From positions 2,907-66,906 of the forward strand of contig JBKQRT010000001.1 in NCBI GenBank assembly GCA_052143895.1: a DNA stretch of 64,000 nucleotides. The letters run 5' to 3'. The notes under the pieces were generated by a model. It made no database searches. It saw nothing but the letters and a program-made list of their open reading frames with translations, and was not told where the DNA came from. Shown here in pieces: positions 33,998-44,039 of this stretch; position 1 is the first letter of the stretch; each line of letters starts with the position of its first letter. Origin of the DNA: Acidimicrobiales bacterium. Its GTDB lineage: Bacteria > Actinomycetota > Acidimicrobiia > Acidimicrobiales > RAAP-2. The position numbers and the translations under genes are program-made.

Positions 33998-35854
33998 TCA
34001 CCCGTCTACCGGATCGACGCCGACCAGTGGCATCTGCACCCGGGCCACGACCACGTCAGGACGGCGGCGCAACTCGCTGGAGAGGAGCAGGTCGACCTGG
34101 TTGTGCAGGAGACGGTACCGCAGCTTGGTCGGGACGATGACCGGGATCAACACGACGATCTGGCGGTCCTTCCGTTGCCGGAGCTCGTCGACCAGGGCCA
34201 CGATCGGTTGCACGACGGAGGCGTAGTCGGTGTGCAGCACCCGCAGCGGGACGCCCGGGTGCCATTCCTTCCACTCGCGCTCGACGTCGACCACGGGCAG
34301 GCCCGACGCCTGCCCGTCGAACACCACGGTCACGGCGAGGACGTCGTCGCCGAGCGAGAGCGCCTCGGACAGGGCGTACAGGGCGAGCCGGGAGACCCGT
34401 GTCACCGGCACCACGACCAGCGTGCGCTTGCGGTCCGGCGGCGGTGGGATGGTACCGGCTCCCAGTTCCTCGTTGGCCCGGTCGTAGTAGCGCTCGATGC
34501 GGCTGAACAACCAGATGAGCAGGGGCACGGCGACCACCACCACCCACGCCCCCTCGAGGAACTTGGAGAGGAGGAAGATGAGAGTGGCGGCCGCGGTCAT
34601 GCCCGCGCCGATGCCGTTGATGGTGGCGCGCCGGGTCCAGCCGCGCTCGCGGGTACGGCGCCAGTGCACCACCAGCCCCGATTGGGACATCGTGAAGCCG
34701 ATGAACACGCCGATGGCGAACAGGGGGATGAGCGCGTTGGTGTCCCCGCCCACGGCGACGAGCAGTGCGCCCGAGGCCACTGCCAGGACCCAGACGCCGT
34801 TGCCGAACACCAGCCGGCTGTCCCGCACGCCGAAGAGGTGCGGCAGGTAGTTGTCCCTCGACAGCAGGCTGGTGAGCACGGGAAGACCGCCGAACGACGT
34901 GTTCGCCGCCAGCGCCAGGACCAGCGTGACGGTGAGCGAGACGATGTAGTAGGCCCAGTGCCGCCCGACCGCGTCCACCATGATCTGGCTGAGGACCGTC
35001 TGGTTCGACCTCGGTTGGATGTGGAACTTGTTGCTGAGCACGGCCAGTCCGAGCAGCATGGCCGCCAGGATCAGCCCGAGCATCAGCTCGGTGCGCTTGG
35101 CGCGGACGACCCGTGGTTCCTTGAACAGCGGGACACCGTTGGCGATGGCCTCCACGCCGGTCAGGGCGCTGCACCCGGCCGAGAACGCCTTCAGGACGAG
35201 GAGGACGGTGATCGCCTCCACCGAGTGGGTCGCCACCAGCGAGGTTCCCGTCTGGGGGGTGCCAAGGCCGAGGGGATGGACGAGGCCGACGGCGATGATC
35301 GCCAGCAGCCCGACGATGAACACCAGGGTCGGGATCAGGAACGAGCGCGCACCCTCGCCCAGCCCCCGGAGGTTGAGGACGGTGATCACCAGCAGGATCC
35401 CGAGGCACAGCGGGACGGTGTAGCGAGCGGTGGACGGGAACGAAGAGGTGAGTTGGCCCACACCGGCGGCGATGGACACGGCCACGGTCAGCGTGTAATC
35501 GACGATGAGGGCGGCGCCGGCGAGCTTGCTGGCCTGGGCGCCGAAGTTGTCACGGGTGACGGCGTAGGCGCCTCCACCGTGGGGATAGGCGTCGATGACC
35601 TGGCGGTACGAGATGACCAGGATGATCAGGAGCACGATGATGGCGATCGTGATCGGGAGGATGAGGTGCAGGGACGAGGTCCCCGCCGCGGCCAGCACGA
35701 CGAGGATCGCCTCCGGCCCGTAGGCCACCGAGGTGAGCGCGTCGAGCGAGAGCGCCGACAGGCCCTCCACGGGCGTGATCTGCTCCTTCGATGCCTCGCC
35801 GGCCGAGAGCGCCTTCCCGGTCAGGAACCGGCGGACCTTCCGGTAGCTGCTCAC
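33998..35854 (-). CDS. APC-superfamily amino-acid/polyamine permease with a ~180-aa cytoplasmic C-terminal domain
   Basis: 12 TM-type core (LSALSLDALTSVAYGPEAIL...GGGAYAVTRDNFG...) followed by a soluble tail (TLVVVPVTRVSRLALYALSEALSL...VVLIPVIVP). Confidence 0.88.
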   Translation of the reverse strand: MSSYRKVRRFLTGKALSAGEASKEQITPVEGLSALSLDALTSVAYGPEAILVVLAAAGTSSLHLILPITIAIIVLLIILVISYRQVIDAYPHGGGAYAVTRDNFGAQASKLAGAALIVDYTLTVAVSIAAGVGQLTSSFPSTARYTVPLCLGILLVITVLNLRGLGEGARSFLIPTLVFIVGLLAIIAVGLVHPLGLGTPQTGTSLVATHSVEAITVLLVLKAFSAGCSALTGVEAIANGVPLFKEPRVVRAKRTELMLGLILAAMLLGLAVLSNKFHIQPRSNQTVLSQIMVDAVGRHWAYYIVSLTVTLVLALAANTSFGGLPVLTSLLSRDNYLPHLFGVRDSRLVFGNGVWVLAVASGALLVAVGGDTNALIPLFAIGVFIGFTMSQSGLVVHWRRTRERGWTRRATINGIGAGMTAAATLIFLLSKFLEGAWVVVVAVPLLIWLFSRIERYYDRANEELGAGTIPPPPDRKRTLVVVPVTRVSRLALYALSEALSLGDDVLAVTVVFDGQASGLPVVDVEREWKEWHPGVPLRVLHTDYASVVQPIVALVDELRQRKDRQIVVLIPVIVPTKLRYRLLHNQVDLLLSSELRRRPDVVVARVQMPLVGVDPVDG

Positions 35855-36060
35855 AGGGCGGGTGAGATGATCGGCCGGGCGAGGAGCACCGGTCGCGAGG
35901 CTAGGGGCTGATCTGCCGCGCGGGCACCATGGCCCCGTCCCACGGTCCTCGCGGGCGACGGCCCCAGCTCGCCGGCCGCGTTGCCGGACCGCGCCGATCG
36001 GTGGACGCGCCCACGGTGCGGCAGTATTGTCATGTCTACTGCCACTAGCTCGGAGGTTTC

Positions 36061-36735
36061 ATGAGCCAGACGACCCACATCCATGCGGCGGATACGCCGC
36101 CGCTGACCGACGCGCGGGTCAAGGGCGGGCTCCGCAATGTCCGCTACGGCGAAGTGCTGCTGCTCCGGGCCGAGTCGGGAAGGTTCAGTGCCGAGGTGTG
36201 GAACACGCTCGGGATGAACGATTGCCCGCAGGCGGCGTGGGACCAACTCGACGCCGCGGCCATCGCCGAAGAGCGCGGCGCCCTGCTCGCCCTCCTCAAC
36301 GGACCGCGCTACTGGGTGCTCGACTCCATCCGGTCCAACATCCGGGAGGCGGCACCGGTGACCACCTTCGGCACCCTCGGCATGTTCCGGGCCGCCGTCA
36401 TCGACTTCGGCACGGCACCACCCATCATGGGACCCTTCATCGAGCGGTCGATCGTGCGCGAGACGGTGTTCGGCTTCAATGCGGGTTCCGAGATCTACGA
36501 GCTGGCGGCGCCCGACGGCACCACCCACGTCATGCAGGCGTACTCCCAGGCCGTCGACAGCTCGCTCACCATCGACGACCTTCCCCGCCTCGGGGACCGG
36601 ATCGCGCTCCCGGACGCGTGGACCTACCGGGTGCGGACGCTCGACGACGACCTCGGCCTGCTGAGCACGGACGGCGTGGCGACCGTCATCCAGGACGGCC
36701 TCCAGAACACCTACCAGCGTCTCGACCGTCGCTGA
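36061..36735 (+). CDS. hypothetical protein (soluble, 224 aa)
   Basis: ATG 36061 is preceded by GGAGG. GC3 is high and the composition non-repetitive (VWNTLGMNDCP...LNGPRYWVLD...YELAAPDGTTHVMQAYSQ...VIQDGLQNTYQR). No family name assigned. Confidence 0.7.
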   Translation: MSQTTHIHAADTPPLTDARVKGGLRNVRYGEVLLLRAESGRFSAEVWNTLGMNDCPQAAWDQLDAAAIAEERGALLALLNGPRYWVLDSIRSNIREAAPVTTFGTLGMFRAAVIDFGTAPPIMGPFIERSIVRETVFGFNAGSEIYELAAPDGTTHVMQAYSQAVDSSLTIDDLPRLGDRIALPDAWTYRVRTLDDDLGLLSTDGVATVIQDGLQNTYQRLDRR

Positions 36736-36756
36736 CCGTCACCCGCCGGGGGGGCG

Positions 36757-37653
36757 TCACTCGGCCAGCAGTATCGTCCTGGCCTGTTCGATGACCTCGA
36801 GCTCGCCCGGTCCGACCGTCGGCAGCCGGAGCTCCATCCTGTCGATGACGTCGACGAGGATACCGCCCACCAGCGCCCGCTGAGCGTACTTGTGGTCGGC
36901 CGGCACCACGTACCAGGGTGCCCAGGGAGTCGATGTGGCGGCCAGGGCGTCCTCGTAGGCGGCCTCGTACTCGTCCCAGTGGGCGCGCTCGGCCACGTCC
37001 TCCGCCGAGAACTTCCACTGCTTGACCGGGTCGTCCAGACGTTCGAGGAGGCGCTTCCTCTGCTGGTCACGGGACAGGTGTAGGAAGATCTTCACGATGG
37101 AGGTGCCGTTGCGGTGGAGGTGGTGCTCGAACGCGTTGATGTCCTCGAAGCGGTGCCGCCACAGGTGCTCGGACGGCCCCCCACCCGAGGTGTACCCGGC
37201 GCCGAGCAGCTCGGGATGCACCCGGACGACCAGCACCTCCTCGTAGTAGGACCGGTTGAAGATCCCGATACTTCCCCGTTCGGGCAGCGCCTGGCTGTAG
37301 CGCCACAGGAAGTCGTGCCCGAGCTCCTCTGCCGAGGGCTGCTTGAAGGCCGTGACCCGGCATCCCTGCGGGTTGACGCCCGACATCACGTGCTTGATCG
37401 TCCCGTCCTTTCCGGCCGCATCCATGGCCTGCAGCACGACGAGCACGGCCCGGGAGTCGCTGGCCCAGAGCAGCTCCTGCGCCGCCTTGAGCTCGTCGAC
37501 GAACGAGTGCAGGTCCTCCTCGGCCACTTCCTTGCGCCCCGCACCCGCCGATCCGAGCCACTGGGTCGTGGTGGAGGTCGTGCTCCGGCCACCGAGGTCT
37601 GCCCGGTCGCCGGGCCGGAGGACGAGCTCGTCGACGACCGCCGAGTCGAGCTT
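36757..37653 (-). CDS. ppk2: polyphosphate kinase 2 family protein
   Basis: VLVVLQAMDAAGKDGTIKHV (Walker A), FLWRYSQALPERGSIGIFNRSYYEEVLVVRVH, and a lid region. GTG 37653. Confidence 0.9.
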   Translation of the reverse strand, partial: KLDSAVVDELVLRPGDRADLGGRSTTSTTTQWLGSAGAGRKEVAEEDLHSFVDELKAAQELLWASDSRAVLVVLQAMDAAGKDGTIKHVMSGVNPQGCRVTAFKQPSAEELGHDFLWRYSQALPERGSIGIFNRSYYEEVLVVRVHPELLGAGYTSGGGPSEHLWRHRFEDINAFEHHLHRNGTSIVKIFLHLSRDQQRKRLLERLDDPVKQWKFSAEDVAERAHWDEYEAAYEDALAATSTPWAPWYVVPADHKYAQRALVGGILVDVIDRMELRLPTVGPGELEVIEQARTILLAE

Positions 37654-37790
37654 CACGACCTGACCCCACGTCGTCGACCTCGTGCTGCGTCGGTTCCGGT
37701 CACCCGCCCAGCGTAGGTCCACGACCCCGTGCGGCACCGGCCCCGTCCACCGACCGGTCCGCACCCACCGATGCTTGGCATGATCTGTGG

Positions 37791-38135
37791 ATGGTCACGA
37801 TGCCGGTCGAGGAGTTCGAGGAGTTGGTGACCGCCGCCCTGGACACGATCCCGGCAGGCCTGCGTGCCGGCATGAACAACGTTGCCGTCGTCGTGGACGA
37901 CCAGAGCCCGCCCGGCCATCTCCTCGGTCTGTACGAAGGCATCCCGCTCACCCAACGAGGCAACCACTATTCGTCGTCGGCACCGGACCGGATCACCATC
38001 TACCTGCAGACCATCTGCGCGGTCTGCCTGACGCCCCAGGAGGTCGTCGACCTGGTGCGGAAGACGGTCGTCCACGAAGTGGGCCATCATTTCGGCATCG
38101 ACGACCACCGGCTGAGCGAACTCGGCTGGGGGTGA
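37791..38135 (+). CDS. small zinc metallopeptidase-like protein (zincin, DUF1025-type)
   Basis: 114 aa with VVHEVGHHFG (HExxH) near the C-terminus and the LGLYEG...I.IY pattern typical of this family. Confidence 0.8.
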   Translation: MVTMPVEEFEELVTAALDTIPAGLRAGMNNVAVVVDDQSPPGHLLGLYEGIPLTQRGNHYSSSAPDRITIYLQTICAVCLTPQEVVDLVRKTVVHEVGHHFGIDDHRLSELGWG

Positions 38136-38232
38136 GCCGGCACTGGGGTGAGGGTTGCGGCCTCCGACCACGCCAGCGCCTCGCTACCCTGCACTCGACT
38201 GCAATTGGTGGCGGCAACCGGAAGGGGACGGC

Positions 38233-38541
38233 ATGGCGGAAGCGGATCGGCAGGAGATCGTGATCACGGGCAGGTCCGTGGTCAAGGAGGTCGGGGACCG
38301 GATCGAGGTCGAATGGGAGCTGAGCGACCGGCCGGAGCTCGAGTGGGCGGAGATCTTCCAGATGGCCGTCGTATCGGACCGCGAAGGACCGGTCGACTGG
38401 ATCATGGGTGCGGGACCCGACGTCATGGATTCCGTCATCCGTTGGTTCGTCCCCCACTCGTCGCTCGAGAACGCCGAGGCCGAGGTGAGGCACCGGCTCA
38501 GCGTGGCCAACGAGCGGTTCGCCGCCGGCTCACCCTCCTGA
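38233..38541 (+). CDS. hypothetical acidic protein (102 aa)
   Basis: ATG 38233 is preceded by GGAAGGGGA. MAEADRQEIVITGRSVVKEVGDRIEVEWELSDRPELEWAEIF.... No family recognised. Confidence 0.55.
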   Translation: MAEADRQEIVITGRSVVKEVGDRIEVEWELSDRPELEWAEIFQMAVVSDREGPVDWIMGAGPDVMDSVIRWFVPHSSLENAEAEVRHRLSVANERFAAGSPS

Positions 38542-38710
38542 CGCTCACCACCGTTTCAGGTTGACAGGAGCAGCGTCGTGCAGTGCGGAGGGATGACCCG
38601 GGGCCTCGGCTGGACGGCCACAAGCCGCAACCGGGCCTGCCCTGGACCGCTGGTCCTGGGCACGGACGACCGTTCCGGTGGCTGCCCCGCCGGGCCGTCC
38701 CGGCCCCCGA

Positions 38711-40393
38711 TCAGGCGGGGGGGCCGCCGGCGAGTTTGACCGTGGCCGTGTGGGTCTGGCCCGACTCGTCGGTCCACTGGAGCTGCACGGTGTCACCCGA
38801 GTGCTCGGATTCCAACAGGTTGCTCAGATCGGTGGCCGAGTTCACCGAGTTCCCGTTGAGGCCGGTGATCACGTCGCCTGCGCTGAGTCCGACCTGAGCC
38901 GCCGGCGATCCGGACACGACCGACTGGACGACCGCCCCCGACGTGGACGAACTGCTGCCGCTGCCGCCGGTTCCCCCGCCGAACGACCCGCTGCCGAATC
39001 CGCCGCCGTAGGAGCCGCCGCTGCTGCTGCTGTTGGCACTCGAGGAGACGACGCTCACCCCGATGAAGCCGGTGGTCCCGATGTGTATGGTCGACGACGC
39101 CTTGCCAGCCTCGATCTGCCTGGCGATGGACAGGGCCGTCCCGATCGGGATGGCATAGGCCTGGCTGGTGGCTCCGCTCACGACGGAACCCTGCGACGCT
39201 GCGGTGTCCATCCCGATGACCTGACTCGACGTGTTGACCAGCGAGCCGCCCGAGTCACCCGGCTCGATGGGGGCGTTGATCTCGATGAGGCCGTTGAGGT
39301 TCTCGGAGTTCCCACCGCCGTCGTCGCTGGCGGTGATCGACTGGTCGAGTGCGGTGATCGATCCCCCGGCCGTGCTCGGGGTGCCGCCGGTGCCCCCGGC
39401 GTTGCCGACGCCCACGACCGCCTGGCCGACGGCAGTCGGGCCTATGTCGGTGGTGACCGTCTGCAGCCCGCTGGCACCGACCAGCTGGACCACGGCGACG
39501 TCGCCGGTGCGGTCGTAGCCGACCACGTTGCCGGTGTAGGTCTTGCCGTTCCCCACGTCGGTGACGCTGATGCTGGTAGCGCCGTCGATGACGTGGTTGT
39601 TGGTCAGGATCTCGCCGGTCGAGGTGAGGACCATCCCCGTCCCCGCGGCCTGCTCGTCCTGGTAGCTCAGGTTGGTGTTGATGTCGACGAGCCCCGGGTC
39701 GACCTTGTTGGCGATGGCCGAGATGTCCGAGGGTGCGCCGGCGCCGGTCGAGGAACTCCCCGGCGAGCCGGATCCGAACGGAGAGCTGCCGCTACCCGAA
39801 CCGGACGAACCGCCCCCGAGGGAGCCCGAACCGGAGCCCGGCGAGGTGAAGTTGGGGCTGGAGCTCGACGCCGACTGCGACGGCCACACCGCGTGGCCCA
39901 GGCCGGCGCCGGCCAACACCGCTACCAGCAGCACGGCGGCGACGAGCGCGGCCACCAGACCGTTGCGGCTCTTCCGTGTGGTCGGCTGGGGCGCAGGCCC
40001 GGTAAAGCCGGGATACGCCCATCCGCCATAGGGGGGCGTGCCCCCCGGCCCGCCCCCGCCCCATGGGCCGGAGGCGGGCGCGACGGGCGGTGCGACGGCA
40101 CCCCAGTGCGGTGGCGGCGTCGGCCAGATGCCCGATGGCGGGGTCGGCGACCCCGGTCCGACGACCGGGTTCGGCGCCGTCGGGTACTGGCCGCCGGGGT
40201 AGGTCGGGTGGGGATGGCGCTGGGCCTGCTGCTGCCACGCCGGCGGTGCGCCGACCGGCGGGAGCGGGATGGCGCCACCCTGGGGAGCGCTCTGCGGCTG
40301 GTCCGGCGCCGAGTCGCGGGAGGTGTCTGCGGGGACGGCATCGGGGGACGTCCCGTCCGCCCGCCCGTCTGAGGGATGCCAGGAGTCGCTCAC
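38711..40393 (-). CDS. HtrA/DegP-like trypsin-family serine protease with a C-terminal PDZ domain
   Basis: Pro-rich N-terminus, one TM helix (LVAALVAAVLLVAVLAGAGL) and a Gly/Ser linker. Triad context TNNHVI / GDVAVV / GDSGGSLV. PDZ domain (VVSGSPAAQVGLSAGDVITGLNG). GTG 40393 is preceded by GGAAGG; the track start is at 40453. Confidence 0.88.
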   Translation of the reverse strand: MSDSWHPSDGRADGTSPDAVPADTSRDSAPDQPQSAPQGGAIPLPPVGAPPAWQQQAQRHPHPTYPGGQYPTAPNPVVGPGSPTPPSGIWPTPPPHWGAVAPPVAPASGPWGGGGPGGTPPYGGWAYPGFTGPAPQPTTRKSRNGLVAALVAAVLLVAVLAGAGLGHAVWPSQSASSSSPNFTSPGSGSGSLGGGSSGSGSGSSPFGSGSPGSSSTGAGAPSDISAIANKVDPGLVDINTNLSYQDEQAAGTGMVLTSTGEILTNNHVIDGATSISVTDVGNGKTYTGNVVGYDRTGDVAVVQLVGASGLQTVTTDIGPTAVGQAVVGVGNAGGTGGTPSTAGGSITALDQSITASDDGGGNSENLNGLIEINAPIEPGDSGGSLVNTSSQVIGMDTAASQGSVVSGATSQAYAIPIGTALSIARQIEAGKASSTIHIGTTGFIGVSVVSSSANSSSSGGSYGGGFGSGSFGGGTGGSGSSSSTSGAVVQSVVSGSPAAQVGLSAGDVITGLNGNSVNSATDLSNLLESEHSGDTVQLQWTDESGQTHTATVKLAGGPPA

Positions 40394-40660
40394 GTCTGTC
40401 TGCCTTCCGATTCCTCGTGCCCGGTGGGGCACCGTCACTCCACTAGTGGACACCGGTGGGTTAAGGACTCGGTGAACCGACCTTATGATTCTCGTAAAAA
40501 CCCACGAACCAGCAGTACAACCGTACCTTCGGCCCGGGCGGCCCGCAGGAGGGGACGCCCACGTGCGGTTCCATTGGACGCTTCAAGGCGACGCGGTTTA
40601 CCCTCTGCCAACGACAACTGCACCGTCGCAACTCAACCGGTCGTCTCGGAAGGCAGTCGT

Positions 40661-40840
40661 GTGAACCCATCCCCACAGGCGCTGATATGTCCGGAGTGCG
40701 GGTCGGCGGACGCCCCCAGACTCATCGTGCGCGGGGTGGACGGGCTCGACGTGGAGGACTCCGTGACCCTGCAGTGCAGGTCGTGCCGCCACGAATGGTC
40801 GGACCGGAATCCGCCCGACCACGTCCGCCAGGCCTCCTGA
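40661..40840 (+). CDS. 59-aa zinc-ribbon protein
   Basis: CPECG...(31 aa)...CRSCRH, i.e. two CxxC pairs. GTG 40661 is preceded by GGAAGG. GC3 is high within the ORF and non-coding-like upstream. Confidence 0.5.
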   Translation: MNPSPQALICPECGSADAPRLIVRGVDGLDVEDSVTLQCRSCRHEWSDRNPPDHVRQAS

Positions 40841-41046
40841 CCACTCCCCACCACGGGGCGACGGGCCGGCGACGGGCGTGACGTTTGGCCCTGCTCGGGC
40901 CGAACCCCGGGGCTCTACCATGGGCGGATCTCACAGGTGACCCCGGAATCCGACACGCTCCGCACCGGGGCGGGGAGCCGCTGGTCCGTGTCGGCGCGGT
41001 CGGTGCCCCGGCGCGGGCGACACCGACGCCCATCTGCAACCGGACG

Positions 41047-41472
41047 ATGACGAAGGTGGTCGCCGCGTTCGGAGGGGCGGTGGTGCTGGCCTACGCCTGG
41101 TGGGCCACCGGGGTACCGCCCTTTACCAACGGCGCCTATGCAGCAGTCGGCATCCCCGTCCTCGCGCTCGCCCTCCTCGTCGTGGTGGGTCGCCCGGGCG
41201 ACCACCCCCCGGGGAGCCGATCGGCGGCGCCCACCGGACGGGTCGGTGGCTCCCTCCCCTGGCTGGCGCTCGCCCTGGTCGCCTTGTCCCTCGAAGCCGC
41301 CGGCCTGGCCCTAGGCGGGCGGTCCACCGCCGTGCCGACCCTCAGTACGGTGGTGGATCATGCCCTGGCCTGGCACGCGGTCCGGTTCGCCCTGTTCTGC
41401 GGCTGGTTGGCCGCCGGGTTCGGCCCCCTCGTCCGCCGGGCGGCCACCGGCACCGAGGCCAGGCGGATCTGA
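41047..41472 (+). CDS. hypothetical 4-TM membrane protein
   Basis: From ATG 41047: high GC3 and four hydrophobic helices. Its stop directly abuts the next ATG (TGAATG). Confidence 0.55.
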   Translation: MTKVVAAFGGAVVLAYAWWATGVPPFTNGAYAAVGIPVLALALLVVVGRPGDHPPGSRSAAPTGRVGGSLPWLALALVALSLEAAGLALGGRSTAVPTLSTVVDHALAWHAVRFALFCGWLAAGFGPLVRRAATGTEARRI

Positions 41473-41676
41473 ATGGCCGTCACCGTCACCTGGCTCATAC
41501 TCGCCGCCGTCGTCGTCGCCTGGGAGCTCGGGTGCCGGCGCTCGCACGGGCGATGGACGAGCCTCGCCGACCTGGGCGCCAGGCTCGGGAGCCACCGCTC
41601 CGGTCGGCTCGTCCTGGTCGCGCTCTGGGCGTTCGTCGGATGGCACGTGTTCGCCCGCTACACGCTGCCGGGTTGA
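41473..41676 (+). CDS. hypothetical 2-TM micro-membrane protein (67 aa)
   Basis: MAVTVTWLILAAVVVAWEL...LVLVALWAFVGWHVFARY. High GC3; abuts the preceding gene. Confidence 0.55.
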   Translation: MAVTVTWLILAAVVVAWELGCRRSHGRWTSLADLGARLGSHRSGRLVLVALWAFVGWHVFARYTLPG

Positions 41677-41796
41677 CGGGGTGAACCGTCCCATCCCTCC
41701 CGTCCCACATGCACCGGCGCACCACCGCCGGGCGGCCCGCCGGCACGGCACTCCTCGGGCCCCGGGAGGTCGCCCGGGGCCAATCGTGGGCGCGAC

Positions 41797-42564
41797 GTGA
41801 CCGCCATCGTCTCCCCGGTCAGCTACTGGGCCTCGGTGGCCCTCGGCGCGGCGGCCTGCATGGCCCTCTGCGTAACGGCACGCCTCCGGCCGGGGAGCTG
41901 GACGGTCACCGCCGCCCGGTGCATTGGCCTCGTCCTGGCCGCTGACGCCATCAGCTACACCGTGGCCCTGGTCGTCGCCGGCAACTGGTCGGCAAAGACG
42001 TCGCTGCCGCTGGCCCTGTGCAACGTGGGAGTGGTCGTGGCCGCGGTCGCCTGCTGGTGGCAGGTACCCCTGCTGGTCGAGCTCACCTACTTCTGGGGAC
42101 TGGCCGGCACCATCCAGGCGGTCATCACGCCGGACCTCGGCGTCAGCTTCCCCCACCTGGTGTTCTTCCAGTACATCGTCGGGCACGTGGGGATCGTCAC
42201 CGCCGCCCTCTTCCTGGTCGTCGGGATGCGGATCGTGCCACGGCCCGGGGCGGTGCCCCGGGTGTTCGCCGTCTCCCTCGCCTACACGGCGTTCGTCGGC
42301 CTGGTCGACGCGCTCATCGGGGCGAACTACATGTTCCTGCGCAAGCCTCCAGGCGAATGGACCCTCCTACGGGTGCTCGGACCGTGGCCCTGGTACCTAC
42401 TGAGCGCTGCGGGCGTGGCCCTGGTCCTGTTCACACTGCTCGACCTCCCCTTCTGGCCCGGCCGGTGCGGGGGATCCGGGCGACCGCACCACGAGGTCCC
42501 GGGCGCCCATCCAAACGCCAACGCCACCGATGCTGCGACCCGCCGGCCGGCGGCCACACCGTGA
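41797..42564 (+). CDS. TIGR02206/YwaF-type integral membrane protein
   Basis: About 7 TM helices with LPLALCNVG...ELTYFWGLAGTIQAVITPDL....FPHLVFFQYIVGHVGIV...GANYMFL, recalled as the TIGR02206 pattern. Confidence 0.72.
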   Translation: MTAIVSPVSYWASVALGAAACMALCVTARLRPGSWTVTAARCIGLVLAADAISYTVALVVAGNWSAKTSLPLALCNVGVVVAAVACWWQVPLLVELTYFWGLAGTIQAVITPDLGVSFPHLVFFQYIVGHVGIVTAALFLVVGMRIVPRPGAVPRVFAVSLAYTAFVGLVDALIGANYMFLRKPPGEWTLLRVLGPWPWYLLSAAGVALVLFTLLDLPFWPGRCGGSGRPHHEVPGAHPNANATDAATRRPAATP

Positions 42565-43892
42565 CGTTGCCGGATCCGGAGCCGGAGCCGCTCGGCCCGG
42601 CAGGGCTGAGGCTGCACCGATGGACCGACCGCACGGTGTCCGGGGTCGCCTGCGCCGCCCTCGCGTCGGGGTTCGGCCAATTCGGCGTCATCGCCGCGCT
42701 CGGCGACGTGGCCCGGGAGTTCGGGCGGATCACCCCGGGCGCATCCATCGCCGACCAGGTCGGTTTGTCGGGGACCGAGCTCGGCATCGGGCTGGCCGTC
42801 ATCCGGCTCGCGTCGCTGGGCAGCCTGCCGCTCATCGGGCTGGCCGACCGCTTCGGGCGCCGGACCCTCCTGCTCGCCACCCTCTCCGTCGGTCTGGCGC
42901 TGACCGTGACGGCCGCGGCCAGCCCCGGCTACTGGTGGTTCGTGGTGATCTTCGCCTTCGGGCGACCGCTGCTCAGCTCGACCAACGCCCTCGCCGCGGT
43001 CATCGCCGCGGAGGAGACCTCCGCCCGCGACCGGGCCGCGGCCGTGGCCCTGGTGGCCGCCGGCTACGGGGTCGGTGCGGGGCTCACCGCCGTCATCCAC
43101 AGCCTGGCCTCCAGCGCACTCGGATTCCGGGGCATCTTCGCGCTGGCCGTGATCCCCCTGGCCGCCGTGCCCCTCCTCCGCCGGTGGATCACGGAGCCGG
43201 ACCGGTTCCGGGTGGCGGAGGCGGCGGCCGACCATCCGCCACCGGTGCTGGGACCGGTCGGTCGACCGTTCCGGGGACGGCTGGTCGTCGTGGCCGTCAT
43301 CGGCTTCGCCACCTCGGTCATCACCGGGCCAGCCAACAGCTACGTGTTCGTGTATGCGCAGAACGTGCTGCACCAGGCTGGGTACGTGACCGCCGCCATG
43401 GTCGTCGGCGCGGGCGTCGCCGGCCTGGGCGGACTGCTCGCCGGGCGATGGCTGGCCGATCGGCTCGGGCGGCGCCCCACCGGGGTCCTGGGCATGCTCG
43501 GGTTGGCGGTGTTCGGGACCCTGACCTACGCCGGCTCGTCCACCGCGCTGGTCGTCGGCTACATCCTCGGCGTGCTCGCAGGCTCGGTGTTCGCCCCGGC
43601 CATCGGTGCACTACTGGCCGAACTGTTCCCGACCTCAGTCCGCGCCTCAGTGGCCGGGTGGTGGGTGGCCGCCGGGGTCATCGGCGCGGTTGCCGGCCTG
43701 GTGGTCTTCGGCACGCTCGCCGACGTGGGCAACCGGTTCGCGGTAGCGGCGGTGTTGACCTTCCTGCCGGCCGCCCTGGTGGCCACGCTGTTCTGGGTGC
43801 TCCCCGAGACGAGGGGGCGGGAGCCCGAAGACCTGTGGCCCGCGCCGGTCGATCGGGGTGGCGAGGTGCGGGGAGCGCTGCCCGATCCCTGA
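42561..43892 (+). CDS. MFS transporter
   Basis: 12-TM layout with GLADRFGRR and ADRLGRR MFS loop motifs. GTG 42561 overlaps the upstream stop (GTGA). Confidence 0.85.
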   Translation: MTLPDPEPEPLGPAGLRLHRWTDRTVSGVACAALASGFGQFGVIAALGDVAREFGRITPGASIADQVGLSGTELGIGLAVIRLASLGSLPLIGLADRFGRRTLLLATLSVGLALTVTAAASPGYWWFVVIFAFGRPLLSSTNALAAVIAAEETSARDRAAAVALVAAGYGVGAGLTAVIHSLASSALGFRGIFALAVIPLAAVPLLRRWITEPDRFRVAEAAADHPPPVLGPVGRPFRGRLVVVAVIGFATSVITGPANSYVFVYAQNVLHQAGYVTAAMVVGAGVAGLGGLLAGRWLADRLGRRPTGVLGMLGLAVFGTLTYAGSSTALVVGYILGVLAGSVFAPAIGALLAELFPTSVRASVAGWWVAAGVIGAVAGLVVFGTLADVGNRFAVAAVLTFLPAALVATLFWVLPETRGREPEDLWPAPVDRGGEVRGALPDP

Positions 43893-44039
43893 GGTGCACG
43901 GCCCGGGCGGGACCCTCGGGTAGACGCCGGGGCGAGCGGGCATAGTGGGACGGAGGCGCGTCGGCCCTCTGTAGTCGACCGATAGCGACGCGGCTTCCCA
44001 TCGTCTGTCCATGACCGGCAATCCACGAGGAGAGCGCAG

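Noticed and set aside
40454-40660. SigE-type (GGAAC-N17-GTT) promoter for the HtrA-like protease in the AT-richer gap
   Set aside because: I found only weak partial matches (for example GAACC...CGTA on the plus strand), nothing with correct spacing on the htrA strand.
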